Origin: Candidatus Rokuibacteriota bacterium
GTDB taxonomy: Bacteria > Methylomirabilota > Methylomirabilia > Rokubacteriales > DASRDR01
Reading direction: 5' to 3'
Assembly: GCA_044866005.1 (NCBI GenBank)
Contig: JBIOTN010000015.1
Span: forward strand, 1-22,540
Length of the DNA: 22,540 bases
The position numbers were made by a program, and so were the translations under genes. Positions 15,302 to 22,465 of the stretch are shown here, in pieces. How positions within the stretch are numbered: position 1 is the first letter of the stretch; each line of letters begins with the position of its first letter. Below the pieces are notes generated by a model. The model was not told the origin of the DNA and made no database searches. It saw only the letters and a list, made by a program, of their open reading frames with translations.

Positions 15302-16261
15302 TCAACGTCCATGAGCCCGCGTGCGACTGGGACGAGGCCTCGGGCCCATCGAGGACGTCGCGGGGAGGTCCCAGACCGGCGCGGCCGACGAACGCCGGCT
15401 CGCCCTCAACGCACGGTACCGCCCGGGAGTCAGCCCGAACGCCGATCTGAAGGCTCGCGTGAAGTGCGCCTGATCGGCGAATCCCGCCTCGAGCGCGACC
15501 TCGACCAGCGGGCGCTCCCGGTGAATCCGCTGCCGTGCGAATCCGAGGCGGCGCATGAGCAGATAGCGGTAGGGGCTGGTCCCGAACATGATCCTGAACT
15601 GCCGCGACAGGTCGTAGCGCGTCAGTCCCGTGACCGACTCCAGCTCCCGCGAATGCACGACCCGGGTCTTCTCGGCGTCCAGGAACTGCCGGGCCCGTTC
15701 GACGGCCCGGACGTCGACCCGTCGGGAGGTCACGGATCCGGCGCCACCGCGCTCTCCGGCCATCAGCCCTTGCGCCAGGGCCACGATGAGGCTGTCCACG
15801 GCCAGCGGTTCCAGCGGAGCGCGAAAAGCCGCGTCGACGGCCCGCGACAGCATCGCGCTCGTCGACACGGGCTCGCTCACGACCGGCAGCGGATAGGGCC
15901 TTCCGCGGAGCGTCCGTACCGCATCTATGAGAAGAGACGGTTCCACATAGACGATCCGATAGCCGAACCCCTCGTCGGTGCCCGCGCGTCCGTCGTGGAC
16001 CTCGTCCGGGTACAGCACGACCACCTGCCCTGGCGTACTCGCATGGACGGAGCCCCGGTAGTCGAAGACCTGGACGCCGGAGTCGGTCACACCGATCGCA
16101 TACGTGTCGTGGCGATGTTTCTGATAGGCCGCGCCAGCGAACCATGCGCTGAAGAGCTCGACGCCCCCGGCTGGCCCCGAGCTGGCGAGCCACCCCGCGA
16201 CCGTGCCCCGGCACGATCGTTCAAGACCCTCGCCGGCCGATCTGGTTTCGTTCAGACGCAT
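15302..16261 (-). CDS. AraC family transcriptional regulator (cupin sensor + HTH)
   Basis: HRHDTYAIGVT...PDEVHDG cupin; GLTRYDLSRQF...GFADQAHFTRAFRSAFGLTPGRY HTH. Start uncertain (16261, 16264 or 16270). Confidence 0.92.
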   Translation of the reverse strand: MRLNETRSAGEGLERSCRGTVAGWLASSGPAGGVELFSAWFAGAAYQKHRHDTYAIGVTDSGVQVFDYRGSVHASTPGQVVVLYPDEVHDGRAGTDEGFGYRIVYVEPSLLIDAVRTLRGRPYPLPVVSEPVSTSAMLSRAVDAAFRAPLEPLAVDSLIVALAQGLMAGERGGAGSVTSRRVDVRAVERARQFLDAEKTRVVHSRELESVTGLTRYDLSRQFRIMFGTSPYRYLLMRRLGFARQRIHRERPLVEVALEAGFADQAHFTRAFRSAFGLTPGRYRALRASRRSSAAPVWDLPATSSMGPRPRPSRTRAHGR

Positions 16262-16285
16262 CACTCGCACTCTCGCGCGAGGCCC

Positions 16286-16299
16286 CGGGAGGCCTCCCG
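16286..16299. promoter_or_regulatory. Perfect 14-bp palindrome between divergent araC-like and lysE-like genes
   Basis: CGGGAGGCCTCCCG is its own reverse complement. Confidence 0.35.
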
Positions 16300-16317
16300 A
16301 TCCGTGGAGGATAGGAT

Positions 16318-16917
16318 ACGACGACGCAACAGATCGTGGCGTTTCTGCTCTTCGCCGTCGTGGCCGCCATCACGCCGGGGCCGAGCAACCTCATGCTGAC
16401 GGCAGTCGGCGCGCAGGCCGGCGTCCTCAGAGGCCTGCCCTGCCTGCTCGGCGTCATGACCGGCATGGGTGTCATGATGTTCGTCGTGCCGCTCGGGCTC
16501 GGGAGTCTCGTGCTCGAGCATCCCCTGGTCCTCGAGGCGCTCCACTGGGGCGGCGCGGCGTTTCTGCTCTGGCTGGCATGGAAGATCGCGACGTCCGGAA
16601 GCCGCATCGACTCGGCGCCGGCCCGGGACCCGGTCGGCTACCTGGGGGCGGCGATCTTTCAGTGGGTCAACCCGAAATCGTGGCTGGTGACGGCGAGCGC
16701 GGCCGGCACCTTTCTCAGCACGGAGGCGGGGAGCCCGATCGTGCAGGCGGCCTCCCTCGGGGGCCTCTTCGTCCTGGCCGCCTTGCCGAGTTGCTTTCTG
16801 TGGCTGGCGTTCGGCGCCGCGGTCCAGCACGTCCTTCACAGTCGTCGCCGGCTGCGAATCTTCAACATCGCGATGGGCGCGCTTCTCGCGCTCTCGATCG
16901 TCCTCATCGTCCGGTGA
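16318..16917 (+). CDS. LysE/RhtB family translocator
   Basis: ITPGPSN, FLLWLAWKIA, FQWVNPKSW, FNIAMGALL; multiple TM segments. The SD-positioned codon at 16318 is ACG; the first canonical start is GTG 16336. Confidence 0.9.
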   Translation, partial: TTTQQIVAFLLFAVVAAITPGPSNLMLTAVGAQAGVLRGLPCLLGVMTGMGVMMFVVPLGLGSLVLEHPLVLEALHWGGAAFLLWLAWKIATSGSRIDSAPARDPVGYLGAAIFQWVNPKSWLVTASAAGTFLSTEAGSPIVQAASLGGLFVLAALPSCFLWLAFGAAVQHVLHSRRRLRIFNIAMGALLALSIVLIVR

Positions 16918-16962
16918 GAGCCCGCCGGCGGACCAGCACTCCGAAGCATGGAGGAGGTCGCC

Positions 16963-17667
16963 ATGAATGAGACACTGATCGATCAGCTGAGCAATCTCGG
17001 CACGCCGCATCTGGCGGACGGTTGCCTGAGAACGACCGTTCCTGTCCGCTGTGCGCCAGCGGGCCTGCGGCCGATTGTGGGGAGTATGCGGTGCGCAGGG
17101 CGCGCGCGACCGGCCCGCCACGTCGGAAGCATCGATGTTTTCCTCGAGGTTCTTCAGGGGCCGGCGCAAGGAGAGGTCCTCGTTGTCGACAACGGAGGGC
17201 GCCTTGACGAAGCATGCGTTGGCGATCTCGTCACGCTCGAGGCCAAGGGTGAGGGCATAGCCGGCATCGTGATCTGGGGCCTCCACCGCGACAGCCGGGA
17301 GATCCGCGAGATCGGTTTGCCGCTCTTCAGCTTGGGCGCACTACCGACCGGGCCCCAGCGTTTGGACGCAAGGCCGGCAGATGTCTTTGGCTGGGCCACG
17401 GTTGGCACGCACGTCGTCACGCCCAGCGATTTCGTCGTCGCAGACGCCGATGGCGTTCTCTTTCTTCCGGAAGCCCGGCTCGACGACATCATCGCTGCCG
17501 CGGTCGCCATCCGCGACACCGAACGCCGGCACATCGAGGCCATGAAGACCGGTCGAAGCTTCCGAAGTCAAGTGCGGTTCAGCGAATACATGTCGCGGCG
17601 GGACCGGGACGCCCGCTATAGCTTCCGACAGCACATAAAGGACGTCGAAGCAGCCGGCGAGGAATAG
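16963..17667 (+). CDS. RraA-like / HMG-aldolase family protein
   Basis: AGRARP, VLVVDNGGRLDEACVGD, WGLHRD, VVADADGVLFLP; ATG 16963 after GGAGGAGG. Confidence 0.88.
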   Translation: MNETLIDQLSNLGTPHLADGCLRTTVPVRCAPAGLRPIVGSMRCAGRARPARHVGSIDVFLEVLQGPAQGEVLVVDNGGRLDEACVGDLVTLEAKGEGIAGIVIWGLHRDSREIREIGLPLFSLGALPTGPQRLDARPADVFGWATVGTHVVTPSDFVVADADGVLFLPEARLDDIIAAAVAIRDTERRHIEAMKTGRSFRSQVRFSEYMSRRDRDARYSFRQHIKDVEAAGEE

Positions 17668-17752
17668 AGCGCACACGGACACATAGGCGTCGTGACGCGC
17701 CTGAGGACACGACGCACGCTTTCCAGCCGCTTGGGTTATTGTCGGATCGGGG

Positions 17753-17959
17753 CTAGCTCACGAAGCGGCTCAGATTCTTCAAGTAATACGCCATCGCGAC
17801 CGTGACGAGCGCGCTGACCAGGCCGATCACCAGGTCCCGGAGCTCGCCGCTCCGCCGGTACGCGGCGAGCTCCCACACCGTGAAGAAGATCCCGAAGACG
17901 ATCGCCGTCGCGATCAGGATGCGATGCGCGACGATCAGGATCGACCCGTCCGGTTTCAT
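17753..17959 (-). CDS. Small two-TM membrane protein
   Basis: 68 aa with two hydrophobic segments (ILIATAIVFGIFFTVW; LVIGLVSALVTVAMAYYL) and host-like codon usage. Confidence 0.7.
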   Translation of the reverse strand: MKPDGSILIVAHRILIATAIVFGIFFTVWELAAYRRSGELRDLVIGLVSALVTVAMAYYLKNLSRFVS

Positions 17960-17989
17960 GGTCTCTCGCAGGCCCCCCGGCCTACGCCT

Positions 17990-18177
17990 CGGCGAGCGCA
18001 CCGCCCGCCGCCGCGGATGGCGCCGGAGGCGCCCCGCAGCCGGCCGGGCGCAGTGGGACCCCTTCAGCGTCCTTCCGCAGTTCGCCAGAACTGCGGAAGG
18101 GGCTGAACGGGTGACGGAGCCCGGCCGGACCGGGGCAAGCCGGCGACCGGCCCCGCGGCGGCGGGCGGTGGGCGCCG
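17990..18177. other. ~190-nt rod-like imperfect inverted repeat (candidate ncRNA or MITE)
   Basis: Nested stems: 17999-18016/18153-18170 (18 bp perfect), 18021-18026/18140-18145, 18031-18036/18131-18136, 18040-18049/18119-18128, 18063-18068/18102-18107, 18071-18083/18088-18100 (13 bp perfect). Confidence 0.8.
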
Positions 18178-18236
18178 CATACGTTGAGGGGCTCCGACGA
18201 CCGAGGACGACGCGATGCGACGGTTATCGGCACGGC
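18177..18236 (+). repeat. Structured repeat family A, copy 3 (right half only)
   Basis: GCATACGTTGAGGGG identical to 148-162; CCGACGACCGAGGACG shared with copy 2; GATGCGACG..TATCGG tail. Confidence 0.8.
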
Positions 18237-18237
18237 G

Positions 18238-19017
18238 TCACCCGACCCAGCCGCCGTCCACGCACAGCACCTGCCCCGTCACATAGTTCGCCGCGGGCGA
18301 GGCGAGGAAGGCCACGGCTTCCGCGACGTCGGCCGGCTCGCCGAGCCGCGCAATCGGCAGCGACTCCACCGGGTAGACGTGGCCACGAGTCATCTCGGTG
18401 TCGATCGGGCCGGGCGCGACGGCGTTGACGTAGATGCCCGCCTGGCCGACGTCCTTGGCGACCCATCTGACCAGCCCGATCACGCCGGCCTTCGCGGCCG
18501 CATAGGCCGGCCCGGAGCGGCTCCGCCGCGCTTCGGGTCCCTCGCCCGCCCGGGACACGGCCCCGCCGATGATGCCGGAGATCGAGGCGATCGCCACGAT
18601 CTTCCCGTAGCCCTGCGCCCGCATGACGGGGACCGCCGCCTGGACGGCGAAGAAGGTCCCTTTCAACACGACGTCGAGGACGCGCGTCCACGTCGCTTCC
18701 GAGGTCTCCTCGAGCGAGTCGCGATGAAGGATGCCGGCGGCGGTGACGACGATGTCGAGCCGCCCGAGCTCCTCCACGACCTGCGCCACGAGGCGGCGCA
18801 CGTCGGCGCCTACCGTGACGTCGAGCCGGACGCTGCGGGCGCGGCGGCCCTGCGCCTCGATCCCGGCGCGGGTCTCCTCGGCAGCGAGCAGGTCCGCGAC
18901 CACCACGTCCGCCCCATCGCGGGCGAGGGCCAGCGCGCAGGCGCGGCCGATCCCGCGCGCGCCCCCGGTGACCAGGGCGACTTGGCCCTTCAGGTCGGTT
19001 CGTTCGCTTGGCCGCAT
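18238..19017 (-). CDS. Short-chain dehydrogenase/reductase (FabG-like SDR)
   Basis: TGGARGIG, LDV, TAAG, catalytic S...YAAAK, NAVAPGPIDT, YVTGQVLCVDGG. Confidence 0.93.
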   Translation of the reverse strand: MRPSERTDLKGQVALVTGGARGIGRACALALARDGADVVVADLLAAEETRAGIEAQGRRARSVRLDVTVGADVRRLVAQVVEELGRLDIVVTAAGILHRDSLEETSEATWTRVLDVVLKGTFFAVQAAVPVMRAQGYGKIVAIASISGIIGGAVSRAGEGPEARRSRSGPAYAAAKAGVIGLVRWVAKDVGQAGIYVNAVAPGPIDTEMTRGHVYPVESLPIARLGEPADVAEAVAFLASPAANYVTGQVLCVDGGWVG

Positions 19018-19108
19018 CGTCGCGGGACGCGCCGGCCCCGCCCGCACCGCGCCGCGTCTCGTGTCGAGCCGGTGCGAGCCGGGGCTCGGCCGACGCGCCG
19101 GCCCGCCC

Positions 19109-20473
19109 TCAGGCGGCCCTGCGGTGACGCGCCGGCGTGACTTCCTCGAGGCGCGCCAGCATCCGCTCGGCGGTCTTCTCGATGAAGCGGCGGTAGTCCT
19201 CCGGGGTGAGGGCCGTGATGGGCCTGGTCACCCCGAACTCCCGCGCGCAGGCCTCGGCGCTCGTGTTGTAGATGACGTAGCGGGCGCCGTGCACTTCCGG
19301 ATACGAGGCGAACATCCGCCGCTCGAAGTCACGATCGGGCCGGAGCAGGTAGGGGTTGTACCACGGCTCGTTCGAGAGCTTGCCCCAGTCCTCTTTCGGA
19401 CCGGCGCCGGGCTGCACGGTGAACTCGCCCTCCTCGAGGACGGCGAGCGCCTCCTCGGTGGTGAGCGTGCGCTCGAACGGCGCGGCCGGGGTGCGACGGA
19501 GGAGCACCACGAGGTCGATCGGGGTCGCGTGCGTCACCGGCGCGAGCGCGGCCGGATCGATCATGCAGCGCGAGTTCGGGACCTCGCCGTAGAAGCGCCG
19601 CCCATCCCGGACGGGCACGTTCTCCGCGGGGTGACGGTCGAACACCTGCTTGAGCTCGCGCATGTCGTCCGGCATGTCGCGCTCGCCGAGGTCGTCCCGG
19701 ACGGCGTTCGTCCGCACGTAGATGTGGCGCTCCGACGGCGTCGCCACCCCGTCCTTGACATAGACCCAGTCGTCGGAATTGATCCGACCGCGGTAGCTCG
19801 GGTTCAGGCGGCTGATGTGGGCGAGGAGCTGCGTGTACGTGGACTTGCCCGTGCCCGTGGGCGCGATGATGAGCACCCCGCGCTCGTTGACCTCCACCAC
19901 GGCGCCGTGGATCGAGTGGATGTCGTACCGGGCCAGCTCCGCCCCCGCCGCCCCGAGCGCCCAGCTCTTCATCTGCCCGTAGTAGTCCGTGTTCCAGAAG
20001 ACGCACTCGTTGGTCTCGGCACAGTAGTACGCGCCCGCGGACGCGGGGTCCCGGCGCTCGATGGCGCACCACATCCGCACGCACGGGATGTCGTACCGGT
20101 GGATGGCCTCCTCCACCGCTTCGCGCTCGGTCAGGAACCAGTTGCGGGCCCAGAAGTTCGCCGCGTGGAAGGAATTGGTCTGGAGGAGCACCGGCATGCC
20201 GCCGATGACCGCCTGCACGACGAGAGGGTCCGCGCCGAGCACTCTTCCGGCGCGCGCTTTCAGCTCCTCGATCTCGGCACGCGTCGCCTTCTTGTTCGCG
20301 TTCGGCGCGCGGCGCTTCAGCACCGTTTCGTGGCTGTAGGCTTCGGGCGCCACGGGACGGCCATCCCCGTCGAGCAGCTTGTCCGGATTCGCCGCCAGCG
20401 GCAGCCCGGCGAAGCCGTGCGCGTGCGCGGCTTCGAACACGTCGGGGATCCGGTAACGGTCGGCGTCGGCCAT
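19109..20473 (-). CDS. Divergent phosphoenolpyruvate carboxykinase (ATP)-like / HPr-kinase-fold P-loop protein
   Basis: Motifs in PEPCK order: NTDYYGQMKS, IHGA, APTGTGKST, INSDDW, ERHIYVRT, ENV, NSR, PWYNPYL, IYNT; RBS GAGGAG. Confidence 0.75.
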   Translation of the reverse strand: MADADRYRIPDVFEAAHAHGFAGLPLAANPDKLLDGDGRPVAPEAYSHETVLKRRAPNANKKATRAEIEELKARAGRVLGADPLVVQAVIGGMPVLLQTNSFHAANFWARNWFLTEREAVEEAIHRYDIPCVRMWCAIERRDPASAGAYYCAETNECVFWNTDYYGQMKSWALGAAGAELARYDIHSIHGAVVEVNERGVLIIAPTGTGKSTYTQLLAHISRLNPSYRGRINSDDWVYVKDGVATPSERHIYVRTNAVRDDLGERDMPDDMRELKQVFDRHPAENVPVRDGRRFYGEVPNSRCMIDPAALAPVTHATPIDLVVLLRRTPAAPFERTLTTEEALAVLEEGEFTVQPGAGPKEDWGKLSNEPWYNPYLLRPDRDFERRMFASYPEVHGARYVIYNTSAEACAREFGVTRPITALTPEDYRRFIEKTAERMLARLEEVTPARHRRAA

Positions 20474-20631
20474 CAGGCTCTCCTCGCTCGGCGGTCCCGG
20501 GTGGGGAACCCCGGGACCTGGTTGTCCACCAGCCCGCGCGCCGCCGTTGCGGCGCAGGTCCGCTGAGAGAGCACCTGGTGCGGAAGGCGCCCGGCCGGGG
20601 GAACGCTGCAGGCTCCCCCCCTCTACTTCCT

Positions 20632-20660
20632 AGTGAGTCATGCCGCGCGCGCCATGTCAA
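20632..20660 (-). promoter_or_regulatory. Possible promoter for the PEPCK-like gene
   Basis: Consensus TTGACA at 20655-20660; the hexamer 17 nt downstream (CTCACT, preceded by TGn) is a poor -10 match. Confidence 0.35.
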
Positions 20661-20737
20661 GCTTTCCGGCGGTGGAGGCCCCGTGCCGTGCGAAACGCCA
20701 GTCACGACCGTCGTCGGCTGGCTGCGCCGTCCTCCGG

Positions 20738-20800
20738 GCGGCGGCTTTGCCGCCGCAACCGAGGGGAGGTTTCGGAGGGGGCCGTCGAGGCCCCCTCCGA
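20738..20800 (-). repeat. Structured repeat family B, copy 2
   Basis: 12-bp stem TCGGAGGGGGCC/GGCCCCCTCCGA (20772-20783/20789-20800) then CCCCTCGGTTGCGGCGGC-AAA-GCCGCCGC on the minus strand. Confidence 0.8.
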
Positions 20801-20805
20801 TGATC

Positions 20806-22437
20806 CTAGGCGGCCAGCTCGCGCTCGAAGGCGGCGAGCGGAATGGGGAGCCAGGCCGGCCGGTTGTTCAGCTCGTAGCTCAGCTCGTACGCCGCGCGCT
20901 CGAGGCAGAAGGCCGACAGCACCAGGGCCATCGCCTCCCGGGGGCCCGGACCCGGCACGATCTTCACCCCGCGCCAGACGGTCACGGCCAGGTAGCCGTC
21001 GAGGAACGCATCCGCCGCCGCGGTCTCCCACGCGGCGCGCCAGGGGGCGAGCGCCCGCGCCGCGTCGCGGTCCTGCTGCGCCGCCTCGAAGAGGCCGGCG
21101 TAGCTCGCGTAGGTGAACGACCGCAGCATGCCGGCCACGTCGCGGAGCGGCGAGTGCTTGCCGCGCCGCTCGGCGAGCGAGCGTGCGGGCTCGCCTTCGA
21201 AGTCGAGGATCACGAAGTCGGTGCCGTCGCCCGCGACGCGGAGAACCTGGCCGAGGTGGTAATCCCCGTGGTGCCGGGTCTTCCACAACGGGATGCCGGC
21301 CAGGCGGCCCATCGTCTGGGCGAGCTTCACGCGAACCGCATCGGAGGCCGCGAGGACACGCTCGACTTCGGGCGCGGGTTTGCCCGCCGCCGGCCCCATC
21401 GCCGCGCGGAGGTCGGCGAGCGCTCGCGCGACCTGCGCCTCGATGGCGGCGCTCCACGCCCCGAGGTCGGCGGCGGTCACCGGCTCCGGGGCGAAGGCCG
21501 GGTCGTCAGGATCGGAGGCGAGCGCCACGTGGAGCTCGCCCGTGACCTCCCCGAGGCGGCGCACACCCGCCAGATGGCGGCCGGCGAGGCTGGCCACGAC
21601 GGCGAGGGCCTCGTCGCTCGTGCCGGGCATTCCGCGGCCCCGCGCCGCCGCATAGAACTCGCGCAGCGTGCCCAGCGCCCAGGTCCAGCCGTCCCCCTGG
21701 TTCTCGACGAAGGTGTGCAGCACGGCGACCGTGCGCTCGGCGTCCGGGGCCTTGTAGAGGGCGAAGCCGGCCAGGAGCGGCACGTGGCGAAACCGCGTGC
21801 GGAGCGTCAGGAACCGCGTGATCTCCAGCTCGGGATTCTCGCCCGGGTCCAGCCGGCGGAACACCTTGAGGACGAGGCGGTCGTCACACACGACCGAGGT
21901 GTTGCTCTGCTCGCCCCGGAGTCGCCGGAGCTCCGCGATCGGCATGGGGTGCGCCCCGGCCGTGGCCTGCGACAGGACGGGCGTCCGGTCGAACGCGAAC
22001 ACGCCGGCGCGCGCGGGCAGGCGGCCGGCGTCCTCCACGAGCCGGAGGAACGCCCCGGAGACCGCGGGATCCTCCAGACCGTCGTAGAGGAGCCACTCCC
22101 CGTCGGGCGTCCGGAGCCGCGCCAGCGGGAGGACGGAGGGGGCGAGGCTCGCGCGCGCGGCGGCGGCAGGCCGTGCCGCGAGCGGCAGGAGGTAGACCTC
22201 CGCCGGCCCGTCCGCGTACGCGACGTCGAGGAGCACGAGCGCCGCGGGGACGTCGCCGGCCGCCAGCTCCGCGCTGTCCGCGACCGAGGTCGCGGCGATC
22301 GCGCGGCCCTTGCCGCGGAACCACCGCTGCGCCCGCAGGTAGTCCGGCAAGGCGGCGCGGGTCCCGGCGAGTGCCGCCACCAGGGCGCCGCTGTCGGGAG
22401 GCCGGTCGAGCCTAACGACCGGCGACGCCGCTGCCAT
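20806..22437 (-). CDS. mak: Maltokinase (Pep2/Mak, TreS-associated kinase-like)
   Basis: QRWFRGK N-cap, EQSNTS, LKVFRRL, HGDYHLGQVL, DFEGEP, RDVAGMLRSF, YELNNRPAW motifs. Confidence 0.9.
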   Translation of the reverse strand: MAAASPVVRLDRPPDSGALVAALAGTRAALPDYLRAQRWFRGKGRAIAATSVADSAELAAGDVPAALVLLDVAYADGPAEVYLLPLAARPAAAARASLAPSVLPLARLRTPDGEWLLYDGLEDPAVSGAFLRLVEDAGRLPARAGVFAFDRTPVLSQATAGAHPMPIAELRRLRGEQSNTSVVCDDRLVLKVFRRLDPGENPELEITRFLTLRTRFRHVPLLAGFALYKAPDAERTVAVLHTFVENQGDGWTWALGTLREFYAAARGRGMPGTSDEALAVVASLAGRHLAGVRRLGEVTGELHVALASDPDDPAFAPEPVTAADLGAWSAAIEAQVARALADLRAAMGPAAGKPAPEVERVLAASDAVRVKLAQTMGRLAGIPLWKTRHHGDYHLGQVLRVAGDGTDFVILDFEGEPARSLAERRGKHSPLRDVAGMLRSFTYASYAGLFEAAQQDRDAARALAPWRAAWETAAADAFLDGYLAVTVWRGVKIVPGPGPREAMALVLSAFCLERAAYELSYELNNRPAWLPIPLAAFERELAA

Positions 22438-22465
22438 GGTGTGGTCGCCCCGGAACCGCGCGGCC

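Noticed and set aside
15079..15312. 77-aa ORF downstream of the AraC gene
   Set aside because: No recognisable motif and weak codon bias; cannot be supported as a gene, though a remnant is not excluded.
17990..18177. 6S RNA or SRP RNA assignment for the rod hairpin
   Set aside because: Length suits 6S, but there is no large central bubble or recognisable 6S conserved segment, and no SRP domain IV motif.
19026..19136. Three copies of GACGCGCCGGC (19026, 19092, 19126) as a mini-CRISPR or operator array
   Set aside because: Only 11 nt, almost all GC, irregular spacing, one copy inside a CDS, no cas genes.
19109..20473. Assigning pckA or hprK
   Set aside because: Motifs are homologous but too divergent, and the length fits neither; function cannot be asserted.
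20550..20595. Glycine riboswitch (CTCTCAG) or TPP riboswitch (CTGAGA...ACCTG) fragments
   Set aside because: The companion motifs (GCCGAAG; GAACCTGAT...TAAT...GCG.AGG) are missing, and the TPP-like piece is on the wrong strand for the gene.
70..22415. Many long overlapping ORFs in the six-frame track (for example 2583..3737 -, 5689..6933 +, 11063..12514 -, 18731..20566 +)
   Set aside because: Antisense or frame-shifted shadows of real genes; Arg/Pro/Ala/Gly-rich, no motifs, and expected at this GC content.
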